Assembly (NCBI GenBank): GCA_041651095.1
Contig: JBAZJV010000002.1
Coordinates: forward strand, 107,621 to 171,620
Direction: 5' to 3'
DNA: 64,000 nt
Source of the DNA: Patescibacteria group bacterium
GTDB lineage: Bacteria > Patescibacteriota > Patescibacteriia > Patescibacteriales > UBA12465
Position 1 is the first letter of the stretch, and each line of letters begins with the position of its first letter. This document shows positions 10,021 to 19,655 of this stretch, one piece after another. The position numbers and the translations under genes were made by a program. The notes under the pieces were generated by a model. That model worked only from the letters and a program-made list of their open reading frames with translations, had not been told where the DNA came from and did no database searches.

Positions 10021-13000
10021 CTAAGTCTGCCTAAACTCGCAAATCGAATTGAAATCGCAAAAATTGCACATCGGCGAAGGCGTCGGCGCGAAGTTGCGCC
10101 GCTTGATCGCCGCGATTTCCGCTTCGACTTCCTGGCGCAGCTTGGTAAAATCCTTAGCCGTGGCCGTGAAGGAAAGCTTTTCGCCGCTCTCTAAATAATA
10201 ATAACTCAGCCGGCTGACCGGCTGGCCCAGAAATTCCTCCAAAAACAACTGGTACAATATCAGCTGGCGCTTAGCCGCAAAATCCAGTTTCTGCTTGCTT
10301 TGGCCGGTCTTATAATCAATAATCTCCAGGCTGCCGTCGGGCAGGCGATCGACCCGGTCAATGGTTCCTTTTATCGAATCGGCGCCGATTTTGAAGGATA
10401 ATTTCTTTTCCAAAAATAAAATCTCGACCGGCGGGTTAGCTTGAAAATCCGCCAGGAATTTGGCTAACGCGGATCGGCCGCGCGCCAGATACTGATCGCG
10501 CGTCGCCTTGTCCGGATAGCCGTCCGGCTGCCAGAATTCAGCATAAAGTTCTCCGAGCCGCGGCTCGTTGATCAAGCCGCCCGCCGCCTGAGCCACCGGG
10601 CCGGCAGCGGCGGCGAACAGGTCACCTTGCCGGCTCGGCGCCCCGCTCAGCAAAGGCAGGAGAAAATTATATAAGGTATTGTGGAGCGCGCGGCCGAAAA
10701 TCAAAGAGGCTTTGTCGGCCGGTACCGGTACCTTCAAAATAAAAGCGAATTTATATTGCAGAGGGCAGGTCGAATAAGCCGCTAGTTGCGAGAAAGAAAA
10801 TTTTTCCGGCAGCGGGTATTTTTCTTCAGCCGCCGCGGCCGTTGCACCGGCCAATTCGCGGGCATTCAGATGATGGATTTCCCGCAAAAACTCGTTCTTG
10901 GCGCTCAGCGCGATTTCCGGCGCTCCCTCGTCCGCCAGGCCTAATTCGGCAATGAACCGCGACGGCCTCTTCTCTCTGGCGCCGCCGTAATCCCGGGCGC
11001 CGGTCAGATAGAGCCCGGCTTTGGCCCGCGTCAGGGCGACGTAAAACAAACGCCGTTCTTCTGCCAAGTGGCTATCGGAGTCGAGGCTGACCTGTTCCCG
11101 GACCAAGGCATCGGGTAAAGAGATTTTTTCGCCGCGGGCGACCGTGGGGAATTTCTTGTCGACCAGATTGACCAAAAAGACATACTTGAATTCCAGGCCT
11201 TTGGCGCCGTGCGCCGTCATGATTTTCACCGTATCATGGTCGGCAAAATCTAATTTCAAAGTGCCGGTCTCCCCCGCCTCCAATTCCAAGTTGATGGCGG
11301 TCATAAAGTCCTTCAGGCGCAGATCCGGCTCCGCCTCTTCCAGGCTCTTGATCTTCTGATAAAATTGGTTGAGATAGGAGAACTGCTCTCCGTCGCGATC
11401 GCGATCCAGGCCGGACAGCAAGCCGGAGTCATAGGCGAAATGCAGGAAAATCTTGGTCGGCTTGGCGGTCGCCGCCAGGCGGGAATGCTGTTCCAACAAG
11501 ACTAAAAGCTGATTGATGTTTTTGACTCCCTCGGCGCTCACGCCGGCGATCGCGTTGATATTTTTCAGCGCCTCGTACAAGGACCAGACTTTCCGCGCCG
11601 CCAGCTTATTGATCGCGATCAGATCCGGGTGTGAAACCCGGAAAGCCGCCATATTCAAGACCCGGAATAAGGCGGTAGATTCATGGTAGTTATCCAGCAA
11701 TTTCAGATAGGCCAAAATATCCAGGATCAGCGGCTTATAATACAAGCCGCGCCAGGACATGAACTGATTGGGAATGTTCTGGCGGTTTAATTCTTTGACA
11801 TAAGCTTCGGCCGTATCGTTGGCCCGCACCAAGATGGCGAAATCGGACCAGGCCGCATCCGGCTCGGCCGCCCGCCGCTCCTTGATCTGCTGGACGACAA
11901 AAGCCACCTCTTCGGAGGATAAGGCAAAATTGAAGAACCGGACCGCCGGCCCGGAGTCTGGCGAAACCATCCGGCCTCTGGCTTTGAGCTCCTTGGCGAT
12001 CTTTAACTTCACCTCCAGACGATTCGGATTATTATGCTGAATGAACCGATAGGCATAATCCAGGATCTCCTGGCGGGAGCGGTAATTTTCCGTCAGGACG
12101 ATTTCGGCCGCCGCCGGATAATCGTCCTTGAATTGCATGATGTTGGCCAGCGAAGCGCCTCGGAATTTATAGATTGCCTGATCGTCGTCGCCGACTACCA
12201 CGAGATTGTTATCCGGAGCGGCCAACAGCTTGACCAGCTCATACTGCGCCCAATTCGTGTCCTGGAATTCATCCACCATGATCTGCTTGAACTTGCGGCG
12301 GTAGAATTTCAGGATATTGGGCCGCTCGCGGAACAATTTCAGGGTATAAACGATCAGGTCGCCGAAATCCAAAAAATTATTTTCCAAGAGCAATTGATTG
12401 TAAACGTGGAAAGCGTTGGCTAATTCCTTGATCCGGCCGATCTCCAGTCCATCCTCGTCGGCTGCGGCCGCGGCGGCCGCCGCTCGCTTCCGCTTAGCCG
12501 GCGCGGCTTTGGCTTTTTTGGCCAGCGGCCGGCCGCTCAGGCGCTGATCCTGATCCGATTCCAATTCTTCCGCGTATTTCAGGTACTCGGCGGCCGAGAT
12601 ATTCTCGTCTTTCAGGCGCGAGAAGTGGCGCAACAATTCCGTAATGAACTTAGTCGGATTGCCCAGCGGACGGTAATAATCCAGATTGAAGCGGGCCAGA
12701 TTCTTCTTCACCAGAACCCATTGGTCGGTTTCGGTCAGAATTTTAAAGCCGGCGTTAAGACCGATATCCAGGCCGAATTCCCGGAGCACCCGTTCGCCAA
12801 AACCGTGAAAAGTATTGATCCATAAATCAACATAGCCGTAAGGCAGGAGCTTGTCCGCCCTTTCTTCCATTTCGCCCGCCGCTTTTTCCGTAAAAGTCAG
12901 CAATAAGACCTCGTCGGTTTTCAGCCCTTGATCAAGAATCAAATAAGCCAGCCGGTTGATCAGGACGGTAGTCTTGCCGGTGCCGGCCCCGGCCACGATT

Positions 13001-13077
13001 AGCAACGGACCGGCCGGGTGGCGAACGGCTTGCTGTTGCGCGGTGTTAAGTTGTGATAAATCCATTTTCTTCGACAT
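10021..13077 (-). CDS. UvrD/PcrA-type superfamily 1 helicase fused to a C-terminal PD-(D/E)XK, Cas4/AddB-like nuclease domain with a Cys cluster.
   Basis: Evidence includes LNTAQQQAVRHPAGPLLIVAGAGTGKTTVL, VDEFQDTN, LTENYRS, and MTAHGAKGLEFKYVFL. The C-terminal segment is CPLQYKF...IDRVD...IIDYKTG...CNFCDFNSIC. Confidence 0.85.
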   Translation of the reverse strand: MSKKMDLSQLNTAQQQAVRHPAGPLLIVAGAGTGKTTVLINRLAYLILDQGLKTDEVLLLTFTEKAAGEMEERADKLLPYGYVDLWINTFHGFGERVLREFGLDIGLNAGFKILTETDQWVLVKKNLARFNLDYYRPLGNPTKFITELLRHFSRLKDENISAAEYLKYAEELESDQDQRLSGRPLAKKAKAAPAKRKRAAAAAAAADEDGLEIGRIKELANAFHVYNQLLLENNFLDFGDLIVYTLKLFRERPNILKFYRRKFKQIMVDEFQDTNWAQYELVKLLAAPDNNLVVVGDDDQAIYKFRGASLANIMQFKDDYPAAAEIVLTENYRSRQEILDYAYRFIQHNNPNRLEVKLKIAKELKARGRMVSPDSGPAVRFFNFALSSEEVAFVVQQIKERRAAEPDAAWSDFAILVRANDTAEAYVKELNRQNIPNQFMSWRGLYYKPLILDILAYLKLLDNYHESTALFRVLNMAAFRVSHPDLIAINKLAARKVWSLYEALKNINAIAGVSAEGVKNINQLLVLLEQHSRLAATAKPTKIFLHFAYDSGLLSGLDRDRDGEQFSYLNQFYQKIKSLEEAEPDLRLKDFMTAINLELEAGETGTLKLDFADHDTVKIMTAHGAKGLEFKYVFLVNLVDKKFPTVARGEKISLPDALVREQVSLDSDSHLAEERRLFYVALTRAKAGLYLTGARDYGGAREKRPSRFIAELGLADEGAPEIALSAKNEFLREIHHLNARELAGATAAAAEEKYPLPEKFSFSQLAAYSTCPLQYKFAFILKVPVPADKASLIFGRALHNTLYNFLLPLLSGAPSRQGDLFAAAAGPVAQAAGGLINEPRLGELYAEFWQPDGYPDKATRDQYLARGRSALAKFLADFQANPPVEILFLEKKLSFKIGADSIKGTIDRVDRLPDGSLEIIDYKTGQSKQKLDFAAKRQLILYQLFLEEFLGQPVSRLSYYYLESGEKLSFTATAKDFTKLRQEVEAEIAAIKRRNFAPTPSPMCNFCDFNSICEFRQT

Positions 13078-13084
13078 ATCAAGC

Positions 13085-14350
13085 CTAGAACTTGAGGCTG
13101 CTTTGGAATTGGGCGGCTTTGACCCGGCCGATCAAAGCCAGGTTCAAGCCGCGATCCCGGAAGATGCGGCGGGCGGTCAGCCGCAAATCAGCCGCCGTAA
13201 TCCGGTTGATCTGGCGCAGGAATTCCGCCGGCGTCATGATTTTCCGGCGCAACAGTGCCTGGCGGGCATACCAATTAGCCAGGTTGTCCGTCGCTTCCAA
13301 TTGCAGCAGCGATTTCCCCTGCAACAATTCTTTGGCGCGCCGCAATTCCTCGCGACTGACCAGGTCGGTCTTTAATTTCCGGTATTCCGCCAAAATTATG
13401 CTGACGGCTTCCTCCGCCTTATCAATCGGCACGCCGGCCTGGGTAGTGAGATAACCAGTGTCGGAATAAAATTCCGCCATGGTCCGGACGTAATAAGCCA
13501 GCCCATTCTTTCCCCGAAGATTAATGAACAGACGAGAACTCATGGAGCCGCCCAGGATGACCGAAAGCAAGCGCAGCTTGAATTCTTCCGGATGATCGAT
13601 GGCCTGGGTGCGCACCCCTAAAGACAAATTGACCTGATCGATCGGCTTGAAAGCGACCCGGATCCGCGGCCGGCTTTGCCGTTCGCTCACCGCCGGCTTA
13701 TCGCACCAACTATTAGCCGGGAAAGCGGATAACATCTTGGCAATCGCCTTTTTGTCCGCTTCCTTAATGCCGCCCGCAAGCACCACATAAGCGCTCCGGG
13801 CGCCGTATTGCGCCTTAAAATACCGCATCAAGTCTTCCCGCCGGAAACGCCGGATGTTGGCTTTAGTTCCGATCGTCTCCCAACCGGCCGGCGAGTCGCC
13901 ATACAGGCAGGATTCAAAAACGTCTTCAACGTGCATGAGCGGATTATCCTCATACATATTCAGCTCCTCGATGATCACACCTTTTTCCCGCTCGATTTCC
14001 GCCGCGTCGAACAGAGAATGCAAGAGCATGTCGCTGATAATATCCACGGCCGTGCTAATCTTGGGCGCCGCGACCTTAACCCAATAACCGGTAAATTCCT
14101 TGGCGGTAAAAGCATTATACTCGCCTCCCAAGGAATCTAATTCGCTGGAAATAGCCAGGGTGTTCGGCCGACGAACCGTCCCCTTGAAAAACAGATGCTC
14201 TAAGAAATGCGATAATCCGCTAGTGCGGCGGGTCTCGTATTTGGAGCCGGTCTTGATCATAATCAAAGCCGTCGCCGTCGAAGCCCCCTTGATCGGAATG
14301 GTAATCAGGGGAATTTTGTTTGACAAAATATTAACTTTATATTTATTCAT
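13085..14350 (-). CDS. M16 (pitrilysin/insulinase) family zinc peptidase.
   Basis: The inverted zincin motif GLSHFLEHLFFKGT (HxxEH) is present, and the length and layout are typical of M16B. Confidence 0.85.
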   Translation of the reverse strand: MNKYKVNILSNKIPLITIPIKGASTATALIMIKTGSKYETRRTSGLSHFLEHLFFKGTVRRPNTLAISSELDSLGGEYNAFTAKEFTGYWVKVAAPKISTAVDIISDMLLHSLFDAAEIEREKGVIIEELNMYEDNPLMHVEDVFESCLYGDSPAGWETIGTKANIRRFRREDLMRYFKAQYGARSAYVVLAGGIKEADKKAIAKMLSAFPANSWCDKPAVSERQSRPRIRVAFKPIDQVNLSLGVRTQAIDHPEEFKLRLLSVILGGSMSSRLFINLRGKNGLAYYVRTMAEFYSDTGYLTTQAGVPIDKAEEAVSIILAEYRKLKTDLVSREELRRAKELLQGKSLLQLEATDNLANWYARQALLRRKIMTPAEFLRQINRITAADLRLTARRIFRDRGLNLALIGRVKAAQFQSSLKF

Positions 14351-14425
14351 ATTCTTATTGATATTATTGATGTTATAACTGCTATGTGTTTTAAATTTAC
14401 CACATCTTTGATATAATTCAAAGTA

Positions 14426-15178
14426 ATGGCAAATCAGTTAAATTTATTTAATTTTGCCTTTATGCCGTATAAAATCAGCGACCGCAACTTCGTGCTCAAC
14501 CACGGTAAGCAATACAAGATTCCGCGCGTCAAGGATTTGCCTGATGAGGACAAGCCGCGGGAAAAACTATTGGCCGAAGGAGCCGGCGCTCTCAGTTCGG
14601 CCGAACTGCTAGCCGTCGTGCTCGGCGTCGGCACGAAAAAAGAAGAAGTCTTCTCAATGGCCAGCCGCCTGCTCCGGGAATACGGAGAAAAAGGCATTGC
14701 TTACCAAAAAAATCCACGGCTCATTGAACAAGACTTGCAAGTGCCGGCGGCCAAAGCCTGCCAAATCGTCGCCTGTTTCGAGTTGGGCCGCCGCTTTTAC
14801 CAGAAAAAACCGGGCGGTTCCATCACTATCCGCACCGCGACGCAAGCTTTCCATTATCTAAAAGATATGGGCAGCCTGAACAAGGAACAATTCCGCGGGC
14901 TGTATCTGAATACCCATTACCAGCTGATCCATGATGAAGTGATTTCCTTGGGCACCCTGGACGCCGCGCTGGTCCAGCCGCGCGAAGTTTTCCGGCCGGC
15001 TCTGGAATACTCGGCCGCCGCCTTGATTATCGCCCACAATCATCCTTCTGGCAGCTTGAAAGCGACCCGGGCGGACGTGGAAATCACCAATAAATTACTG
15101 GGGGTCGGCCAGATCCTGGGCATTGAACTGCTGGATCACCTGATTATCGGCCGGAATAAATTTTCCAGCATCATCTGA
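14426..15178 (+). CDS. radC: RadC-family JAB/MPN domain protein.
   Basis: The N-terminal HhH-like segment is LSSAELLAVVLGVGTKKEEV. The JAMM motif is ALIIAHNHPSGSLKATRADVEIT. The start codon is uncertain. Confidence 0.85.
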   Translation: MANQLNLFNFAFMPYKISDRNFVLNHGKQYKIPRVKDLPDEDKPREKLLAEGAGALSSAELLAVVLGVGTKKEEVFSMASRLLREYGEKGIAYQKNPRLIEQDLQVPAAKACQIVACFELGRRFYQKKPGGSITIRTATQAFHYLKDMGSLNKEQFRGLYLNTHYQLIHDEVISLGTLDAALVQPREVFRPALEYSAAALIIAHNHPSGSLKATRADVEITNKLLGVGQILGIELLDHLIIGRNKFSSII

Positions 15179-15181
15179 ACT

Positions 15182-15481
15182 ATGGCCAAAAAATATACCC
15201 TGACGCCGGCCGTCTGGCTCATCCGGGACGAGGCGGGCGTCAAATTCCATATCCAAAACGATGATTATTTCGGCACGATCGCGACTATTCTGCACCTGAT
15301 CAAGCACAACATCAAAAAAGACGGCCTGACTAATGCCGCCGTCTTGAAGAAAACCTTATATAATATGGAAAGCGACCTGCTGTTCCTGCAAAAAAACTAT
15401 CGCATAACGCCCCGCCTTCACAGCAAGCCGAGAACCAGAAATAAGAAGACCAGCCCGAAAGGCAGACTAAAGAGCCAATGA
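15182..15481 (+). CDS. Hypothetical small protein, possibly co-transcribed with radC.
   Basis: The 99-aa ORF starts 4 nt after the radC stop. I recognise no motifs. Its last 64 nt overlap the 3' end of the convergent 15418..16731 gene, so the assignment is tentative. Confidence 0.35.
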   Translation: MAKKYTLTPAVWLIRDEAGVKFHIQNDDYFGTIATILHLIKHNIKKDGLTNAAVLKKTLYNMESDLLFLQKNYRITPRLHSKPRTRNKKTSPKGRLKSQ

Positions 15482-16731
15482 TCGAATAGCATCAGGACTA
15501 GAAGGGCGAGCATGGCCGCCAGGGAAAAAGCTTCCCGGCGATTTTTTTTAAGCAGCCAGAACAGGAAAGACAGGAAAAATAGCAGGGCCGCGAAACCGGC
15601 CTCCGTCCAGAGCAGCAGGAAAACATTATGGACCGGCTGATAAGCCCAGGGCTCCTGCCGTTCGCCGTCCCGCAAAGCTAAAGCCGTCGTATAATTGCCG
15701 ATACCGGTCCCTAATAGGGGGTAATCGCCGATTAGGTCGGCGGCCTGGCCGAGATAGGCTTCGCGCTCCATTAAAGATTTTTGCTCCAATCTGGCCGTGC
15801 CGCCAGTCCGCGCCTGCCATAGTTCCCGGTAAGGATAGGCGACGATCAAAATCATTACCAGGGAGAAAAAAGCCAGGGCGATAAAACGGCCCAGAATCCA
15901 GCGGTCTTTTTTGCCGGCCAGAGTGATCGCCAGCCCGGCCAGACCCAACGCGTAAGCCAGCCAGGCGGCCCGGGAAAAGGTAAAAAATAACGCGAACAAG
16001 CTGACAAAATAAAATAAGAACAGCCAGACGGACTCGGCCGCTTCCCGACCGGAACGGATCATTTTTTTCTTGGCCAGCAGATAAGCGGCGATGATCAGGG
16101 CGACGGCGAGCACGCCGCCGAAAATATTGGGATGATCCAGCCCGCCGTACGCGCGCAACCAGCGGCCGGAGGCGGCCTCCACGACGGCGGTGCCGAGAAC
16201 GTTGGCATCATGGGCGGCCAAGCCAAAATACTTGCTGGCCGGCGCTTGTTGGGACAAGAATTGATAAATCCCGAGCCCCGCCTGCAAAAACAGGCTAGCG
16301 AAAAGGCAATACAAAACTTTCAGCTTATCCAGAAAAGTTTCTTCATACCCGATAGTTTCCGTCCCAGCGCGCAACAGATAAAACAAGCCAATGCCGATCA
16401 AGAGCAGGAGATAGTGATAAAAAGCCAGCAGCTGGTCGGAGGCGACGAAGAAGGAAGCCATGATCAGGATTTCCAGGCCGGCCAAGGAAACCCACAACGG
16501 AGAGATTTTTTCATCATCGGCCCGATACCGCAATTTGTAAACGAAAAAACCGACCAGGATGAGCACTAGCAGGCCATGGCTGAGATAAAGAGAGATCTCC
16601 TGAAAATTATTGCCGCCGGGCCGCAGAATGAGCTTAGTCTGCCAAGGCAATAAAAAAACCCACAAATAAAAAGCGTACTTAAGCGCCCGCCTTAATAAGC
16701 GGCTGAATTTTTTGTCCATATTTTTCGGCAT
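15418..16731 (-). CDS. O-antigen ligase (Wzy_C)-like polytopic membrane protein.
   Basis: It has about 10-12 predicted TM helices and the segment FTFSRAAWLAYALGLAGLAI, followed by an extracytoplasmic loop, as in the WaaL/O-antigen ligase family. Confidence 0.7.
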   Translation of the reverse strand: MPKNMDKKFSRLLRRALKYAFYLWVFLLPWQTKLILRPGGNNFQEISLYLSHGLLVLILVGFFVYKLRYRADDEKISPLWVSLAGLEILIMASFFVASDQLLAFYHYLLLLIGIGLFYLLRAGTETIGYEETFLDKLKVLYCLFASLFLQAGLGIYQFLSQQAPASKYFGLAAHDANVLGTAVVEAASGRWLRAYGGLDHPNIFGGVLAVALIIAAYLLAKKKMIRSGREAAESVWLFLFYFVSLFALFFTFSRAAWLAYALGLAGLAITLAGKKDRWILGRFIALAFFSLVMILIVAYPYRELWQARTGGTARLEQKSLMEREAYLGQAADLIGDYPLLGTGIGNYTTALALRDGERQEPWAYQPVHNVFLLLWTEAGFAALLFFLSFLFWLLKKNRREAFSLAAMLALLVLMLFDHWLFSLPFGLVFLFLVLGLL

Positions 16732-17563
16732 ATTCCCGGCGACGATCGCCTTGATAAAATTTCAAGACTTCGTCATTAACGACTACCCCGTCCGAATTAT
16801 TCATGGCGGCGGTAAGCGCCGGCGGCATGACTTTTAGTTGCCACCACCGCGCCCAGCTTTCCAGGCCGGACCGGCGGCGATGCGCGGGCACGACCGGCCG
16901 GACGCCGGGGGCTGGTTCATCCGGCACCAAACCGTTAGCGGCAAGAAAGTCGGCATAAGTATTTCTTTTATTATACAACACAATCAAGCACCGGCGCCAA
17001 TAATCAAAATACGGATCGTCGCCCGTAAGGCGCAGGTCGCTGATGTCCAAATGGGCGGCGGAAAGATAGAAACTGAGACAGATCTTGTCGCGTTTGCGTT
17101 GCGGCGTCGGCCGGCTGTGCAACAGCTTGGCCAGACCGGTGCAATACAGGCGGGTGAGCCAGAGGTATCCCGGCGCGGTAACGATGAAAAAATCAATGTC
17201 GCTCTCATCGCGCCAGTTATACTGGCCGAGCGAATTGGCGAGAGCAATCAGCCGGACGGGCGGGAAAAGCCGGAACAGGGCGGAAAAACGGCGAGCGATC
17301 TTGAGTTTACGGCGAGTATAGTTATAGCGCTTTTGACGCGTCGTCACGACTCCCGCCCGGCCGGTCAGGAAATAAAAACCGTTCTGCTGATCGAGAGTCC
17401 CACCGGCGGACTCAGCCGCCGCCCGGATTTCCAACCAGCCATAACGCCGATCCAGATGCTCCCGGATCTCATAGAGCGTCAACGGATAATCGAATAAATC
17501 AAAGAAAGCAATCATCTTGATGATTGCCGTCTGTAAATTATCTTGAGCGCCGGCCGTATCCAT
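16679..17563 (-). CDS. Hypothetical protein with a possible nucleotidyltransferase-fold core.
   Basis: The segment LIALANSLGQYNWRDESDIDFFIVT resembles the G[SN]..-D.D motif of minimal nucleotidyltransferases. It is otherwise unrecognised. Confidence 0.4.
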   Translation of the reverse strand: MDTAGAQDNLQTAIIKMIAFFDLFDYPLTLYEIREHLDRRYGWLEIRAAAESAGGTLDQQNGFYFLTGRAGVVTTRQKRYNYTRRKLKIARRFSALFRLFPPVRLIALANSLGQYNWRDESDIDFFIVTAPGYLWLTRLYCTGLAKLLHSRPTPQRKRDKICLSFYLSAAHLDISDLRLTGDDPYFDYWRRCLIVLYNKRNTYADFLAANGLVPDEPAPGVRPVVPAHRRRSGLESWARWWQLKVMPPALTAAMNNSDGVVVNDEVLKFYQGDRRREYAEKYGQKIQPLIKAGA

Positions 17564-17569
17564 AAACGC

Positions 17570-18679
17570 TTAGTTTAGTTTCGGTTTCTCGATCGGCAGC
17601 GCCGCTATTTTAGTTTCCTTCTCCGTGATCTTAATCACGTCCTTATCCATTTTCTTGAACTCGGCGTAAGCGTTATTATAATGGCTGACCGTCGTGCTCA
17701 TCGAAGTCCCCAATTTCTTCAAAAAATCTTCGTAGCTGACCATATGGCGCTGCAATTTCTCGATATTGGCGCGGATCTCCTTGGCCCGCTCTTCAATTTG
17801 CATAGCCTTCAGGCCTTGCAAGACAGTCTGCAAATAAGCCAGGAAGGAAGTCGGCGAAACAATAATCACTTTCTTGTCGCGGAAGGCATATTCTATCAGG
17901 TCGCGCGTATTGACCTTGACGGCGCCGACCTTGTTGACCAGGAGGTCGTAATAGATCGCTTCCGACGGGATGAACATGAAGGCGAATTCCATGGTCTTCT
18001 CGCTCGGTTTGACATACTTGGCAGTCTCGTCGATGCGGTTCTTCAAATCCTGCTTGAATTGCTGCTCCAGCTTGGCGCGCGTTTCCGCGTCATTCGTATT
18101 CAAAATCTTCTCATAAGTTTCCAGGGAGAATTTCGCGTCCACCGGAATAATCTTATCACGCACGAATACCACGGCGTCGACGATAGTGCCGTCCTTGAAA
18201 GGATACTGCATCTGATAAGAATTGGGCGGCAGGACGTTCTTTAAAGTTTCTTCCAGAAAATATTCACCCAAGATGCCCCGCTGTTTCGGATTTTTCAGGA
18301 TATCCTGCAGGTTCTGCAGCTGGGAAGAAAAATTAACCACCTGCTTATTGGTCTCATCCAGCTTGGTCAGCTTTTCAGTCACATCGGCGATCAGCTTATT
18401 CGATTGAGCGGAAATATTCTGGACAATGCGCGTCGTTTGGCCGAATTGCTCCTGATTCGTCCGGTGGGTTTCCGATAATTTCCGGTCTAATTCCTGACGC
18501 AATTCACTGTTCTGCTGGGCGAGCTGGCTCAGTTTCTCTGACTGTTGGATCAGCCGTTCGGTCAGGGCGTCCAATTTTTCCTGGCCGGTGCCGGAGCCGC
18601 GGCGTAGCAATAAGAAGATGACGGCGATGATGCCGATGGTTACAACAATCAATAATAATATACTAAGGGAATTATCCAT
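17570..18679 (-). CDS. rmuC: DNA recombination protein RmuC.
   Basis: It has an N-terminal TM segment and a long coiled coil, then the RmuC core PDAVVFVRDKIIPVDAKFSLE...FAFMFIPSEAIYYDLL...VIIVSPTSFLAYLQTV. Confidence 0.85.
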   Translation of the reverse strand: MDNSLSILLLIVVTIGIIAVIFLLLRRGSGTGQEKLDALTERLIQQSEKLSQLAQQNSELRQELDRKLSETHRTNQEQFGQTTRIVQNISAQSNKLIADVTEKLTKLDETNKQVVNFSSQLQNLQDILKNPKQRGILGEYFLEETLKNVLPPNSYQMQYPFKDGTIVDAVVFVRDKIIPVDAKFSLETYEKILNTNDAETRAKLEQQFKQDLKNRIDETAKYVKPSEKTMEFAFMFIPSEAIYYDLLVNKVGAVKVNTRDLIEYAFRDKKVIIVSPTSFLAYLQTVLQGLKAMQIEERAKEIRANIEKLQRHMVSYEDFLKKLGTSMSTTVSHYNNAYAEFKKMDKDVIKITEKETKIAALPIEKPKLN

Positions 18680-18790
18680 AACAATTAGTTTAGTATGCTA
18701 CATCTATTATACTTTAATTGCGCCCCTTTTGACAGTTTAAAAATTATTCTGCTTATATTAAATAAAAATATCATTAATACAAAAATAATA

Positions 18791-18819
18791 TTGACAAAAA
18801 TTAAAATATAATGTATTAT
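18791..18819 (+). promoter_or_regulatory. Sigma70-type promoter for the 18870..19145 small ORF.
   Basis: TTGACA, a 17-nt spacer and TATTAT lie in a very AT-rich 190-bp intergenic region. Confidence 0.5.
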
Positions 18820-18869
18820 AGAAAATTATAAATAATCGTACTTTTCAAATAAAACCCGAGGAGGGTAAA

Positions 18870-19145
18870 ATGATATACTCTGTAATTATATTTGCTTTGA
18901 TGGCAGTTCATTTCTCTTTCATCCTTATAAAGGAGAAAAATCAATATTGGCTGCCATTTATAATGGCTGTCATTCTGCTATTGGCAGTTACCGACACGCT
19001 GAACGTGACAGCTATGAACTGGCTGCTCGCAGCATTCGGCGCCATGTATTTTGTATCGGCCTTCTTGTACGACCGGCCGATAGTATTTCTCCTGGGCGAT
19101 GTCGTTTTTAGCGTGGGAATCTCTATGTTGTTATTTCCAACATAA
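18870..19145 (+). CDS. Small hydrophobic membrane protein (91 aa, about 3 TM), hypothetical.
   Basis: A good SD (GAGGAGGG, 5 nt before the ATG) precedes a hydrophobic ORF in an AT-rich insert. A perfect hairpin (ccaacat-aatat-atgttgg) and a T-run terminator follow. Confidence 0.5.
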   Translation: MIYSVIIFALMAVHFSFILIKEKNQYWLPFIMAVILLLAVTDTLNVTAMNWLLAAFGAMYFVSAFLYDRPIVFLLGDVVFSVGISMLLFPT

Positions 19146-19227
19146 TATATGTTGGTATACCCAACATAATAAAGGGGGGTCGGTGATCCCTCTTTTTTTA
19201 TTGACTTAATAATGGATAGGTGGCGAT

Positions 19228-19647
19228 TCAAGAATCTTTCCGCAACAGGTCCCTAATCTCCGTCAATAATTCCTGATCCTTGGTCAGTGGCTTGGCTGCT
19301 TCTTCGCTCTTCTCTTCTTGGTTAAGAAGCGGTTTGAGCTTCCGTTTGAGCCGGCCGATCAGCTTGATCGCGAAGAAGACGGCCAGGGCGATGATTAAGA
19401 AATCGATGATATTCTGTAAAAAAGTACCAATATTGATGGAAACGCCGGGTTTCAACACGATCTTAAGCTCGGAAAAATTAATACCGCCCAAAAGCAGGCC
19501 GATCGGCGGCATGATGATGTCCGCCACCAGGGAGGAAACGATCTTGCCGAAAGCGCCGCCGATAACCACGGCCACGGCCAGATCCATCACATCGCCCTTG
19601 ATCGCGAACTCTTTAAATTCTTGCCAATATTTTTTAGCTCCCACCAT
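19228..19647 (-). CDS. mscL: Large-conductance mechanosensitive channel.
   Basis: The segment [40 protein letters not shown] is a canonical MscL N-terminus. Confidence 0.95.
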   Translation of the reverse strand: MVGAKKYWQEFKEFAIKGDVMDLAVAVVIGGAFGKIVSSLVADIIMPPIGLLLGGINFSELKIVLKPGVSINIGTFLQNIIDFLIIALAVFFAIKLIGRLKRKLKPLLNQEEKSEEAAKPLTKDQELLTEIRDLLRKDS

Positions 19648-19655
19648 AAATTTAT

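Noticed and set aside
15418-15481. A 64-nt convergent overlap between the 99-aa ORF and the O-antigen-ligase-like gene, as a possible antisense regulatory arrangement.
   Set aside because: It more likely reflects an uncertain call of the small ORF. There is no supporting structure or motif.
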